Source: Bacteroides sp. (GTDB lineage Bacteria > Bacteroidota > Bacteroidia > Bacteroidales > SM23-62). From it: 64,000 nt of DNA. Under the pieces are notes generated by a model. The model was given only the letters and a program-made list of their open reading frames with translations. It had not been told where the DNA came from and did not search any database. How positions within the stretch are numbered: the first letter of the stretch is position 1; every line of letters starts with the position of its first letter. The stretch is taken from the NCBI GenBank assembly GCA_011053095.1, contig DRHS01000127.1, forward strand, positions 27,035 to 91,034. The letters are read 5' to 3'. The position numbers and the translations under genes were made by a program. Positions 39,257-49,276 of the stretch are shown here, one piece after another.

Positions 39257-40507
39257 ATGGAAGAAACAAAAGTTTTAGAAGAGGTAGCTGGCTTGGTCAG
39301 TGAACTCACAATATCTCTCGATACGGTCTGGGTGCTTATTGCAGCAGTACTTGTTATGTTTATGCAACCTGGATTTGCCATGGTTGAGGCAGGATTTACC
39401 AGGCAAAAAAACACTGCCAATATATTAATGAAAAACCTGGCTGACTTTTCAATAGGAGCAATTGTCTTCTGGTTTGTTGGATATACAATTATGTTTGGGG
39501 AAGACATAGGTGGCCTTATTGGAAAAGTTTCGTTTTTCTTTAATAGTAATGGCGTGAATGGTATCACGGATAAATCCAGCCTGATGTTCCAGACCATGTT
39601 TGCTGCTACAGCCGCCACTATTGTTTCAGGAGCTGTAGCAGAACGGACTAAATTCAGCACCTATCTGATTTTTAGCCTGGTGATTACCATATTTATATAT
39701 CCTGTATCTGGTCACTGGATATGGGGTGGCGGATGGCTCTCAAATCTCGGATTTCACGATTTCGCCGGTTCCACGGTTGTGCATTCCGTTGGTGCATGGG
39801 TTGGACTTGCAGGTGCCGTGATGGTTGGACCAAGGATCGGAAAATACAATGGAAAACCAAATGCCATTCCCGGACATAACCTGACGCTGGGGGCACTTGG
39901 TGTATTCATTCTTTGGTTCGGCTGGTTCGGATTCAATTCCGGATCACAACTGGCAGCTGCAGGTACGGGCAATGCTTTAGCAATCTCACATATTTTCATT
40001 ACAACAAACCTTGCTGCAGCAGCTGGCGCTATGACTGCCATGTTCATAACCTGGCGAAGGTATAAGCGCCCGGGACTATCACTTACACTTAATGGTGCGC
40101 TTGCGGGACTTGTAGCCATAACTGCAGGCTGTGATATTGTTTCTCCCGGAGGAGCTTTAATCATAGGTATTATTGCCGGTATCGTATTGGTGTTCGGTGT
40201 TGAACTGTTTGACAGGATATTCAAAGTTGACGATCCGGTTGGAGCTATTTCCGTACATGGACTAAGTGGCGCAACAGGTACTCTTATGGTCGGATTATTT
40301 GCTACTGAAGGGGGTCTGTTCTACGGTGGTGGAGCTGGACTGCTTGGAGTACAGTTCATTGGTGTTCTATCCGTTGCCGCATGGGCTCTGGGACTTGGAT
40401 TCCTGCTGTTCTTTATCCTCAAGAAGACCCTTGGTATCAGGGTAGAGAAAATCGTTGAAGAAGAGGGACTGGATATTTATGAACACGGAGAATCTGTATA
40501 TAATTAA
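39257..40507 (+). CDS. amt: ammonium transporter
   Basis: 416 aa, 11-12 TM helices. DFAGSTVVHSVGAW and twin-His region motifs of Amt/MEP. Confidence 0.92.
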   Translation: MEETKVLEEVAGLVSELTISLDTVWVLIAAVLVMFMQPGFAMVEAGFTRQKNTANILMKNLADFSIGAIVFWFVGYTIMFGEDIGGLIGKVSFFFNSNGVNGITDKSSLMFQTMFAATAATIVSGAVAERTKFSTYLIFSLVITIFIYPVSGHWIWGGGWLSNLGFHDFAGSTVVHSVGAWVGLAGAVMVGPRIGKYNGKPNAIPGHNLTLGALGVFILWFGWFGFNSGSQLAAAGTGNALAISHIFITTNLAAAAGAMTAMFITWRRYKRPGLSLTLNGALAGLVAITAGCDIVSPGGALIIGIIAGIVLVFGVELFDRIFKVDDPVGAISVHGLSGATGTLMVGLFATEGGLFYGGGAGLLGVQFIGVLSVAAWALGLGFLLFFILKKTLGIRVEKIVEEEGLDIYEHGESVYN

Positions 40508-40553
40508 AACATAAGATCATTCTTAATTAATTAGTTTTAGATTTAGGTGGTAA

Positions 40554-40586
40554 AAGAAGGCGTTGAAAATCATTCAACGCCTTCTT
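40554..40586. terminator. hairpin terminator between convergent amt and trpB2
   Basis: Perfect 14-bp stem AAGAAGGCGTTGAA / TTCAACGCCTTCTT with a 5-nt loop. A/T-rich flanks (AAA on the left, T then ATT on the right); no long T-run on either strand. Confidence 0.8.
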
Positions 40587-40617
40587 TATTTACAAACCTA
40601 ACAATAGATTCTCTGTT

Positions 40618-42012
40618 TTACCATTTGCCGGATTTTGCTGTGCTAGGTTGAGGGAAATTTTTCAATGGGTCTGTATACTTTGTAATTTCTTCCTCGGGAA
40701 GGGCATAGTCTGTAAGTTCACCATTCAGAAATTTGTCATAACCAACAAGGTCCATCATACCATGACCACTCAGGTTAAATACAATCACTTTCTCTTTGCC
40801 CTCTTCTTTTGCTTTTTTAGCTTCCTGAATAGTAGCTGCCACAGCATGGCTTGTTTCAGGTGCCACTAAAATTCCTTCAGTTTTTGCAAACAGAATGGCG
40901 GATTCATAACATTCAAGCTGGTGGATTGATCTTGGATTCAGAAGTCCTTCTACCGCTGCTGCACTTACCAGGGGAGACATACCATGATACCTTAGTCCCC
41001 CGGCATGAATTGGCGGTGGAATAAATTCATGTCCCAGTGAATACATTGGAAGCAGAGGGGTCATACAGGCCACATCTCCATGATCGTAAGAAAATGGTGC
41101 ACGGGTTAATGTGGGACAAGAGGCCGGTTCTACCGGAATGATATCAATATCGGCACCGTGAATCTTATCGGCCACAAAAGGAAATGCAATTCCGGCGAAA
41201 TTACTTCCTCCTCCTGCACAGCCTATAATAGTATCCGGTGTTCTTTCTCCGAATATTTCAAGTTGCTTCTTAACCTCCTGACCAATAATTGTCTGGTGAA
41301 GTATAACATGGTTCAAAACCGACCCAAGACTGTAACGACTTTCACCGCTGGGGTCAGTTACGGCAGCTTCTATGGCTTCCGAAATGGCTATACCCAGGCT
41401 TCCCGGAGTATCCGGATATTTAGCCAGAATATCTTGTCCTGCTTTTGTTTCCGGGCTGGGACTGGCTACGCATTCAGCACCATAGGCTGCCATTAGCATT
41501 TTCCTGAAAGGTTTCTGGTCAAAACTTACCCGAACCATATAAACCTTACACTCAATTCCAACCAGGGAACAAGCAAAAGCCAGGGCGGAACCCCACTGTC
41601 CCGCACCTGTTTCTGTTGTCAGCTTCTTAATTCCGAATTCCTTATTGTACCATGCCTGTGCTACTGCAGTATTGGGTTTATGGCTGCCGGCCGGCGAGAC
41701 GGATTCATTTTTATAATAGATCCTGGCCGGAGTCCCAAGTGCCTTCTCAAGGTGATATGCCCTGTGCAGCGGAGTCGGGCGCCATCGATACAGCATCTCA
41801 AGAACACCTTCAGGAATATCGATCCAGCGTTCGGTACTTACTTCCTGCTCAATCAGGTTCATCGGAAATACGGGTGCAAGCATTTCGGGTCCGATAGGAT
41901 TTCCATCCGGTCCCAGAGGCGGCTGTGGCGGAGTTGGCAGATCTGCTGCCAGGTTATACCATTGCCTTGGCATGTCTTTTTCAGACAGGAAAACTTTGTG
42001 ATCTTTACTCAT
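40618..42012 (-). CDS. trpB: TrpB2-type (stand-alone) tryptophan synthase beta-like PLP enzyme
   Basis: 464 aa, long TrpB2-type N-terminus. PLP-lysine motif GSHKPNTA and GGGSNFAG phosphate loop. No trpA in the window. Confidence 0.88.
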   Translation of the reverse strand: MSKDHKVFLSEKDMPRQWYNLAADLPTPPQPPLGPDGNPIGPEMLAPVFPMNLIEQEVSTERWIDIPEGVLEMLYRWRPTPLHRAYHLEKALGTPARIYYKNESVSPAGSHKPNTAVAQAWYNKEFGIKKLTTETGAGQWGSALAFACSLVGIECKVYMVRVSFDQKPFRKMLMAAYGAECVASPSPETKAGQDILAKYPDTPGSLGIAISEAIEAAVTDPSGESRYSLGSVLNHVILHQTIIGQEVKKQLEIFGERTPDTIIGCAGGGSNFAGIAFPFVADKIHGADIDIIPVEPASCPTLTRAPFSYDHGDVACMTPLLPMYSLGHEFIPPPIHAGGLRYHGMSPLVSAAAVEGLLNPRSIHQLECYESAILFAKTEGILVAPETSHAVAATIQEAKKAKEEGKEKVIVFNLSGHGMMDLVGYDKFLNGELTDYALPEEEITKYTDPLKNFPQPSTAKSGKW

Positions 42013-42033
42013 AGTTAATTGGTTTTTAGATAC

Positions 42034-42065
42034 AAAAAGGGCATGCTGTAAACAACATGCCCTTT
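42034..42065 (-). terminator. intrinsic terminator inside the trpB2 5' leader (candidate attenuator)
   Basis: Minus-strand RNA AAAGGGCAUGUUG-UUUA-CAGCAUGCCCUUU. The stem is 13 bp with one G-U pair, and the U-tract reaches UUUUU. It ends 21 nt before the trpB2 ATG, and no upstream co-directional gene needs terminating. Confidence 0.6.
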
Positions 42066-42095
42066 AATTATTAATTATGCTTTAGCACACATTGA

Positions 42096-42161
42096 CTACA
42101 ACAATCGCCCGAAGCTATGCCAGCGCCAGACAGGAAAAGTTGTATTTGCAGTACAATGCAT
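42096..42161 (-). CDS. candidate Trp-codon leader peptide (MHCTANTTFPVWRWHSFGRLL)
   Basis: 21-codon ORF, ATG 42161-42159 to TAG 42098-42096. UGG codons at 42128-42126 and 42122-42120 give W-R-W. The stop lies 30 nt upstream of the terminator hairpin. Confidence 0.45.
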   Translation of the reverse strand: MHCTANTTFPVWRWHSFGRLL

Positions 42162-42270
42162 TGGTTTCAAATTACGATACAAAATAGTAATTAAATCATT
42201 AATGTCAACATATGAGGTAGAATTTTTCAGGATGCCGTATCTTTATAAGTAAATCCTTAAAACAATAGTC

Positions 42271-42936
42271 ATGAGAAAGCTGGTGTATCCCCTCCTAATT
42301 ATAATGCTGCTTGCTTGTGACCCGACCGTTCTATTCCTGGAGCCTCAACCAGAGGGTAAAAAAGATCTTAAAAGTTTTCCTGCAAAAGCCATGGGAACAT
42401 ATATGGAACTCGATGACAGTTCAATTCATATTATTACCGGCAGCTTTGTACTTGAGAGGTATGAGGAAACTATTGCAGACATTGCCGATGATATACTTGA
42501 GGATGAAGATATTGAACTGATCGGAGAGAACCTGCACCTCAAGGAAATGGATCTGACATTTCCAGTTACCTTGAAAAATGATTCTATATTCGGGCATGTA
42601 GTGATCTACGATACATTAATAAATCTGCTGAAAGGCAGTAAACTCAGAAAACTTGGTAAAGATTATTTTCTCAACCGATCAAGCGATAGTCTGTGGATTG
42701 TATTTAAATTAAACTTTGAGAAATCAGGGTATGCCTACCTCTGCGATATAGATCATGAAACTGAGATTGAGATATTTGAAAAGTACAGCAATGTTGATAC
42801 AGAAAAAAATGACCAGGGCAATCCAATGAATTATTTTCTTTCTCCAACAAGAAAGGAGCTGAAAACTTTATTAAAGCTGGAGACTTTTACTGATTCAACT
42901 GTATATATCCGGCTATCTCAGGACTTCCTAAGATAA
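42271..42936 (+). CDS. hypothetical lipoprotein
   Basis: Lipobox IIMLLAC, 221 aa. The 3' end overlaps the convergent gltD by 19 nt. Confidence 0.65.
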   Translation: MRKLVYPLLIIMLLACDPTVLFLEPQPEGKKDLKSFPAKAMGTYMELDDSSIHIITGSFVLERYEETIADIADDILEDEDIELIGENLHLKEMDLTFPVTLKNDSIFGHVVIYDTLINLLKGSKLRKLGKDYFLNRSSDSLWIVFKLNFEKSGYAYLCDIDHETEIEIFEKYSNVDTEKNDQGNPMNYFLSPTRKELKTLLKLETFTDSTVYIRLSQDFLR

Positions 42937-44345
42937 TCATCTATTGCTGCGGCTGCCTCCCGGCCTGAATAAATAGCCGTTACCACAAGGCTGGCACCAT
43001 TTCTTGCATCACCCGCAGCAAATACTTTCTCATGACTGGTGGCAAATTTAGTGTCAGTGACAATGTTTTTACGGGCATTTACATTCAGCTTCAGAGTATC
43101 AATTATTCCTTCCTGGACCGGATGAACAAATCCCATGGAGAGAAGTACCAAATCGGCATCATATACCTTTTCTGTTCCGGGAATTTCCTTCATTTGCATC
43201 TGTCCCTTAACATTCTTTACCCACTCCACTTCAATAAGTTCAAGTCCGGTAATATGTTGCATATCTCCCAGGAATCTCCTTGTAGACAGGCTCCATTTCC
43301 TCTCACATCCCTCCTCATGAGAGGTTGAAGTCTTTAGCTTTTGGTTATTGTGTGGCCAGTTTGCATTTTCTTTTCCGTCAAGTTCCCGGGGACGGGGCAG
43401 TATTTCTATCTGGGTAATTGATTTTGCACCCTGCCGTACCGCGGTCCCTACGCAATCAGATCCGGTATCACCCCCGCCAAGCACGATGACATTCTTATCC
43501 TTTGCATTTATCTGGTAATCATATGGAATTTCCAGTCCCCGGTTAACCTTATTTTGCTGCTTCAGGTAATCCATTGCAAAGTGGATTCCATCCGTATCCC
43601 GTCCTTCGACTGTAAGATCGCGGGGTTTTTCAGATCCTATCGCTATACAAACTGCATCGTATGAATCAATAAGCTCATTAATATCCAGGTTTCTGCCAAT
43701 CTCCTTGCCGGTCTGTATCTCAATCCCTTCGGAAAGCAAGATATTCAGCCTACGGTCAACAAGGTCTTTATTCAACTTGAAATCCGGAATACCGTAACGT
43801 AATAGTCCCCCGGCAGCATCTTCCTTTTCAAATACTGTTACCAGGTGTCCTGCCTTGTTCAGCTGATCAGCACATGCGAGTCCCGCGGGACCCGAACCAA
43901 TTACGGCTACCTTCATGCCGGTTCGCTTCGAAGGTGGATTTGGTTTTATATACCCTTCCCGGAAAGCCATCTCGGTTATGGCCGCTTCATTCTCGCGAAT
44001 GGTTACAGGAGATTTATCAATGGTCAGCACACAGGCATCTTCGCAGGGGGCAGGACATATTCTGCCGGTAAATTCCGGGAAGTTATTGGTGCTGTGCAAT
44101 ACATCACTGGCTTTCTTCCACTCTCCCTTGTAAAGCAGTTCATTAAACTCGGGTATTATATTTATCACCGGACAAGCCCAGTGGCAGAATGGTATCCCAC
44201 AATCCATACAGCGGGATGCCTGCAGTTTCCTGTCCTCCGAATTCAGTGTTTGTTCAACTTCACCAAAATCACGAACCCGGTCCTGCATCGGTCTGTTCCC
44301 GGCTTCTTTTCTTTCTATTTTCAAAAACCCCTTCGGATCTATCAT
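42918..44345 (-). CDS. gltD: glutamate synthase small subunit (NADPH)
   Basis: N-terminal Fe-S Cys clusters (CMDCGIPFC, CPAPCEDAC) and VAVIGSGPAG FAD/NAD motifs, 475 aa. Confidence 0.93.
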   Translation of the reverse strand: MIDPKGFLKIERKEAGNRPMQDRVRDFGEVEQTLNSEDRKLQASRCMDCGIPFCHWACPVINIIPEFNELLYKGEWKKASDVLHSTNNFPEFTGRICPAPCEDACVLTIDKSPVTIRENEAAITEMAFREGYIKPNPPSKRTGMKVAVIGSGPAGLACADQLNKAGHLVTVFEKEDAAGGLLRYGIPDFKLNKDLVDRRLNILLSEGIEIQTGKEIGRNLDINELIDSYDAVCIAIGSEKPRDLTVEGRDTDGIHFAMDYLKQQNKVNRGLEIPYDYQINAKDKNVIVLGGGDTGSDCVGTAVRQGAKSITQIEILPRPRELDGKENANWPHNNQKLKTSTSHEEGCERKWSLSTRRFLGDMQHITGLELIEVEWVKNVKGQMQMKEIPGTEKVYDADLVLLSMGFVHPVQEGIIDTLKLNVNARKNIVTDTKFATSHEKVFAAGDARNGASLVVTAIYSGREAAAAIDDYLRKS

Positions 44346-44365
44346 CTCATTAATATTTGCAATTT

Positions 44366-47300
44366 CTAATATACCCCCAGGATTTTACCGTCCTGGTTCT
44401 CCACATCGGTCTCAACTTCTTCGATCTTCCTTTTCAGGGCCTCTAGTTTTTCTTCTTCGAGTACCCGCTTATATTCATATGGAATTATCTTAATGAACCT
44501 GGGAATATAAGTCTCCCAGTTTTCCAGGACATCCTTTGCCCTGGGACTACCGGTGTACCTTTTGTGTTGCTGAATTAATCCCTGGAGTTCCCGTATATCA
44601 TTCATATCCTCGACAAGGGAAATCTCAACCATCCCCATATTGCAGTAGTAATCGAAATCGCCCTCGAGATCGAGTACATAAGCTATTCCACCGCTCATTC
44701 CGGCTGCAAAATTCCTGCCTGTCTTGCCCAGTACAACAGTCCTGCCCCCGGTCATATATTCGCAGCAATGATCACCGGTACCCTCTACAACTGCGGTTGC
44801 CCCTGAATTCCTGACACAAAACCGTTCCCCGGCATTACCATTTACATAGATCTCTCCACTTGTGGCTCCATAAAGTACTGTATTACCGGTAATTACATTC
44901 TCTTCAGGTTTAAATCTTGAACCCTGCGGGGTAACAACGATAATTTTTCCGCCTGAGAGTCCTTTTCCCAGGTAATCATTTGTATCCCCCTCCAAACGGA
45001 ACGTTACACCCCTTGTGAGAAAGGCCCCGAAACTTTGCCCTGCTGACCCCTTGAAGCCAACATGTATGGTATTCTCGGGAAGTCCTTCAAGACCGTACAG
45101 GGTAGAAATGCGACCGGAAAGCATCGCCCCGGTAGTCCTGTCTGTATTTTTAATCGTGTAGTTCAGAACAACTTTTTCCTTATTGTCAAGGGCAGGAGCA
45201 GATTTTTCAATCAATTCGAGATCCAGCACCTTGCCCGGCAAGTCGCGTTTGGTGGTTGTAAAACGCCTGTCATATTGAAGGGCTTCCTTAGAAATATGAA
45301 TAAGGGGTGAGATATCTACTGTAGAAGCTTTCCAATGATCCGATGCTTGTTTAATTTCAAGAAGATCAACCCGCCCCACCAGGTCATCAAAGTGTTTGAA
45401 TCCAAGTTCAGCCATTAATTCACGGACTTCCATTGCCAGGAAAGTGAAATAATTGACAAGGTAATCTGCCTTACCTGTATATCTTTTCCGGAGTTGCTCA
45501 TCCTGGGTAGCGATCCCGACCGGACAGGTATTTAGATGGCATTTGCGCATCATAATGCAGCCAAGGGAAATGAGTGCAGCTGTAGCAAATCCGAATTCTT
45601 CTGCACCCAGTAAGGCGGCCAGGATGATGTCAAGTCCTGTTTTCATCTGTCCGTCTGTCTGCAGGATTACATTACGTCTCAGGTTATTCATGACAAGAGT
45701 CTGCTGGGTTTCGGATAGACCGATCTCAACTGGTAATCCCGCGTGTTTGATGGAACTTGAGGGACTTGCACCGGTGCCTCCTTCTGAGCCACTGATTGTA
45801 ATAATATCAGCCCCGGCCTTTGCAACTCCGGCAGCTATGGTTCCAACTCCGGAAGCCGACACCAGTTTAACACTGACTTTGGCTTTAGGATTTACATTCT
45901 TCAGATCAAATATCAACTGTGCAAGGTCTTCAATCGAATATATATCATGGTGTGGAGGTGGCGAGATAAGGGTTATGCCCGGAATTGAATACCGTGTTTT
46001 TGCAATTATCTTATCCACCTTATGCCCGGGCAGTTGTCCCCCTTCACCCGGTTTTGCACCCTGGGCAACCTTTATCTGTATCTCATCTGCATTGACCAGA
46101 TAATAGTTTGTCACACCGAACCTGCCAGAAGCGATCTGCTTGATGGAACTACGAACACTGGAACCATCTTCCCGAGGAATGAATCGTTCCGGATCTTCTC
46201 CTCCCTCACCTGTATTACTTCGTCCTCCTATCCTGTTCATTGCCTCAGCAAGGGCCTCATGGGCCTCTTTCGAAATTGATCCGTAAGACATGGCTCCGGT
46301 GACAAATCTTTTAAATAATGCCTCCACAGGTTCAACCTCATCAATGTTGATAGGTTTCTTTTTTAGCCGGAAAAATCCACGAAGGAATGTTGGCTTCTGG
46401 TTCTGTTCATTAACGAGACCTGAGAATATTTTAAACCGCTCATAATCATTGGTTTTTACTGCCCATTGCAGATGTGTTATGGTTTCCGGGTTCCAGGCAT
46501 GGTGCTCCCCTTTCATTCTGAAATGATAAGTCCCGGAACTTTGAACCGGGTTATCCTCACCAATTGAATGAAATGCCTCAGAATGAGGGATGCTTGCTTC
46601 TGTAGCGATCTCTTCAATTCCAAGTCCATCAATCCTGCTGACAGTACCCTCGAAATATTTATCCACAACCGCCTGGCTAAGTCCCACAGCTTCAAAAATC
46701 TGGGCGGAGCGATATGACCTGAGGGTTGAGATACCCATCTTTGACAGGATCTTCAGGAGTCCCTTGTTGATAGCCTTTATATAATTTTCTTCTGCTCTCA
46801 GGTAATCGAGCTGTATGACCTTTTCCATGACAAGCTGCTCAATTACAGCAAATGCCAAATATGGATTGATAACCGATGCACCATATCCAAATAGAAGGGC
46901 AAAATGATGAACCTCTCTTGCTTCACCTGTCTCAACCACGATATCAATCTGCATCCTTTTCCTTGTATTTATCAGATGGTGATGCACTGAGGAAACCGCA
47001 AGAAGAGAAGGCACAGGAGCCATTTCAGGGCTAATTCCACGGTCTGTCAGAATGATGTAATTCTTACCCTCATCGACAGCCTGTTCAGCCTGCCGGCATA
47101 TATCGTCAACTGCTTTTGCCAGGGCTCCGGATCCTTCGTTTACAGGAAAATGCATGGGAATAGTCGATGCAGAGAATCCCTTATATCTCAGATTGGCAAT
47201 AACCTGAAAATAGGTATTGTTTACCACGGGACTGTGAAGCTTGATCATCTTGCTGTGCTCTGGTCCCTCATGAAGCAGGTTATCCTGCAGTGAACCGATA

Positions 47301-48913
47301 TAACCTGTAAGGGACATAACCAATTCCTCCCGTATAGGATCAATTGCCGGATTTGTTACCTGAGCGAAAAGTTGCCTGAAATAGTTGAAAAGCCTTTGTG
47401 GTTTGTCTGACAGAACAGCAAGAGGAGTATCGTTCCCCATACTGCCAACTGGTTCCTGTCCCTTTTCAGCCATTCCAGAAATAATGAATTCAACATCTTC
47501 CTTTGAATAACCGAATGCTTTAAGGTGACGATTGTAATCATCCCCTAAATCAGGTGAAACAATCCTTCCTACTTCGATATCATTAAGATTAATCCTGTTC
47601 TGGCTGAGCCACTCTCTGTAGGGATTATGTGTTGCAAGTTCCGATTTCAGTTCAGGATCATAGTGTATCTTTCCCTCTTTGGTATCAATAATGAGCATCT
47701 TGCCAGGTTTCAACCTGCCCTTCTCAATTATCTCCTGGGGCGGAAAGTACTTTACTCCCACCTCGGATCCCATGACTACGATGTCTGTATCTGTGATTAC
47801 ATACCGTGAAGGTCGGAGTCCGTTGCGGTCCAGCGTCCCACCAATATAACGGCCATCAGAAAAAATAAGTGAGGCCGGTCCGTCCCATGGCTCAATGAAG
47901 GTAGAATGATATTCATAAAAAGATCGCAGATCTTCTGATATTGGATTCTTTGTATTCCAGGATTCCGGAATCAGGCAGGAAACTGCATGGGGAAGTGATT
48001 TACCTGTCAGGTACATAAACTCCAGCACATTGTCCAGGCTGGCCGAATCCGATTTCTCAGGTTCGATTATCGGGAATATTTTATTCAGGTCCTCATCAAG
48101 GTAATGTGAATGGAGTAGAGATTCACGGGCCTCCATCCAGTAACGATTGCCTTTGATGGTATTGATCTCACCGTTATGAGCAAGCAACCGGAAAGGCTGA
48201 GCCAGATCCCATGATGGAAAAGTATTTGTAGAAAACCTGGAGTGTACAAGGGCAATGGCAGAGGTAAGCCTTTTGTCCTTAAGATCCAGGTAGTATTCAC
48301 CAAGTTGCCCGGAGGTTAGCATACCCTTGTAGATTAGGACACGAGTCGAGAGGCTTGGAATATAAAATATATCCTTACCCGAAATATTTGAATCCCTGAT
48401 TGCGTTCTCCACCCTCTTTCGGGCGACATACAGCCTGCGTTCAAATTCAAGCTGTTCCAGGTCAGCTTCGAGGAGGACCTGCTTCATTCCGGGCTCTGCT
48501 TGCCTGGCCAGATCTCCAATAGTAGTGTCGTCTCTCGGAACTTCTCTGTAGTCAATTATGGAAATCCCATGCTCAGCCATAATATCCTCAAAGATTTTCA
48601 GGCAATCTTCTTCCTGCTTTTTCTCCTTGGGAAGGAAAATAATGCCCGTACCAAACTGTCCCTCAGGAGGAACATTATATCCTTGTATCAGGTAGAAATC
48701 TCTTGGTATCTGGATCATTATACCTGCTCCATCACCGGTTTTACTGTCTGCCCCTTCAGCACCCCGATGGGTCATATTTTCGAGTACTTCAAGTCCCATG
48801 CTAATAATCTCATGTGACTTCTTACCACGAATATGGGTTACGAATCCAATTCCGCAATTATCATGCTCATACTCGGGTCTGTAAAGTCCCTCTTCCCGTG
48901 GTCTGATCTTCAT
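44366..48913 (-). CDS. gltB: glutamate synthase large subunit
   Basis: 1515 aa. N-terminal Cys (HDNCGIG) amidotransferase domain, FMN/3Fe-4S central region, GXGXG C-terminal domain. Confidence 0.95.
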   Translation of the reverse strand: MKIRPREEGLYRPEYEHDNCGIGFVTHIRGKKSHEIISMGLEVLENMTHRGAEGADSKTGDGAGIMIQIPRDFYLIQGYNVPPEGQFGTGIIFLPKEKKQEEDCLKIFEDIMAEHGISIIDYREVPRDDTTIGDLARQAEPGMKQVLLEADLEQLEFERRLYVARKRVENAIRDSNISGKDIFYIPSLSTRVLIYKGMLTSGQLGEYYLDLKDKRLTSAIALVHSRFSTNTFPSWDLAQPFRLLAHNGEINTIKGNRYWMEARESLLHSHYLDEDLNKIFPIIEPEKSDSASLDNVLEFMYLTGKSLPHAVSCLIPESWNTKNPISEDLRSFYEYHSTFIEPWDGPASLIFSDGRYIGGTLDRNGLRPSRYVITDTDIVVMGSEVGVKYFPPQEIIEKGRLKPGKMLIIDTKEGKIHYDPELKSELATHNPYREWLSQNRINLNDIEVGRIVSPDLGDDYNRHLKAFGYSKEDVEFIISGMAEKGQEPVGSMGNDTPLAVLSDKPQRLFNYFRQLFAQVTNPAIDPIREELVMSLTGYIGSLQDNLLHEGPEHSKMIKLHSPVVNNTYFQVIANLRYKGFSASTIPMHFPVNEGSGALAKAVDDICRQAEQAVDEGKNYIILTDRGISPEMAPVPSLLAVSSVHHHLINTRKRMQIDIVVETGEAREVHHFALLFGYGASVINPYLAFAVIEQLVMEKVIQLDYLRAEENYIKAINKGLLKILSKMGISTLRSYRSAQIFEAVGLSQAVVDKYFEGTVSRIDGLGIEEIATEASIPHSEAFHSIGEDNPVQSSGTYHFRMKGEHHAWNPETITHLQWAVKTNDYERFKIFSGLVNEQNQKPTFLRGFFRLKKKPINIDEVEPVEALFKRFVTGAMSYGSISKEAHEALAEAMNRIGGRSNTGEGGEDPERFIPREDGSSVRSSIKQIASGRFGVTNYYLVNADEIQIKVAQGAKPGEGGQLPGHKVDKIIAKTRYSIPGITLISPPPHHDIYSIEDLAQLIFDLKNVNPKAKVSVKLVSASGVGTIAAGVAKAGADIITISGSEGGTGASPSSSIKHAGLPVEIGLSETQQTLVMNNLRRNVILQTDGQMKTGLDIILAALLGAEEFGFATAALISLGCIMMRKCHLNTCPVGIATQDEQLRKRYTGKADYLVNYFTFLAMEVRELMAELGFKHFDDLVGRVDLLEIKQASDHWKASTVDISPLIHISKEALQYDRRFTTTKRDLPGKVLDLELIEKSAPALDNKEKVVLNYTIKNTDRTTGAMLSGRISTLYGLEGLPENTIHVGFKGSAGQSFGAFLTRGVTFRLEGDTNDYLGKGLSGGKIIVVTPQGSRFKPEENVITGNTVLYGATSGEIYVNGNAGERFCVRNSGATAVVEGTGDHCCEYMTGGRTVVLGKTGRNFAAGMSGGIAYVLDLEGDFDYYCNMGMVEISLVEDMNDIRELQGLIQQHKRYTGSPRAKDVLENWETYIPRFIKIIPYEYKRVLEEEKLEALKRKIEEVETDVENQDGKILGVY

Positions 48914-48946
48914 ATAATACTCTCCTCTTTTTCCTTGCCTTCTCCC

Positions 48947-48985
48947 AAAAAGAAACCGCTCCCAGTTTGTTCTGAGAACGGTTTC
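48947..48985 (-). terminator. terminator-like hairpin within the gltB 5' leader
   Basis: Minus-strand GAAACCGUUCUC-(10 nt)-GGGAGCGGUUUC followed by UUUUU. The stem is 12 bp with two G-U pairs. It ends about 33 nt upstream of the gltB ATG. Confidence 0.45.
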
Positions 48986-49100
48986 CTGCTATTTTTTTGT
49001 ATAGTTAAAGAAAAACCATTCTCACCAGATTTGTGCCTTTTTTAAAAGATATTCTGTAAGTCCTGGAAACTCCTTTGTATACATCAATAAGCGCATGGCG

Positions 49101-49108
49101 CAAATATA
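49101..49108 (-). promoter_or_regulatory. candidate -7 box TATATTTG for gltBD
   Basis: Exact TAnnTTTG match on the minus strand about 190 nt upstream of the gltB ATG. It implies a long leader. Confidence 0.35.
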
Positions 49109-49276
49109 TTTATATTTCTCTTATAAATCAAAAGCCAAATCCTGCTTCTATTGATAATTTTTAACAAAACCATAGATATTATTACCAAATCATCACAAAT
49201 GCCAGGCATAATACTTATAGATATTGTTCATACATTTAATGCTATCTTTAGTCTTAGACATCTTAAAACCTTAACT

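Noticed and set aside
39250-40224. Two minus-strand ORFs (136 and 156 aa) overlapping amt
   Set aside because: They are antisense shadow ORFs of the ammonium transporter gene, with Ala/Pro/Ser-rich junk translations and no independent signals.
42918-42936. 19-nt convergent overlap of the lipoprotein gene and gltD 3' ends
   Set aside because: Small 3'-3' overlaps are common in compact genomes, and there is no evidence of a functional antisense interaction.
45543-46103. 186-aa plus-strand ORF (and several others, e.g. 44536-44814, 46022-46279) inside gltB
   Set aside because: These lie antisense to a 1515-aa gene with unmistakable glutamate synthase motifs. Their translations are low-complexity, Ser/Pro/Ala/Arg-rich shadow-frame products.
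49151-49276. TTG-initiated 42-codon N-terminal extension of the tricorn-like gene in the ORF track
   Set aside because: The internal ATG at 49277 gives a textbook signal peptide, while the extension is AT-rich promoter-like sequence. The same reasoning trimmed the starts at 53471, 58107, 32585 and 52511.
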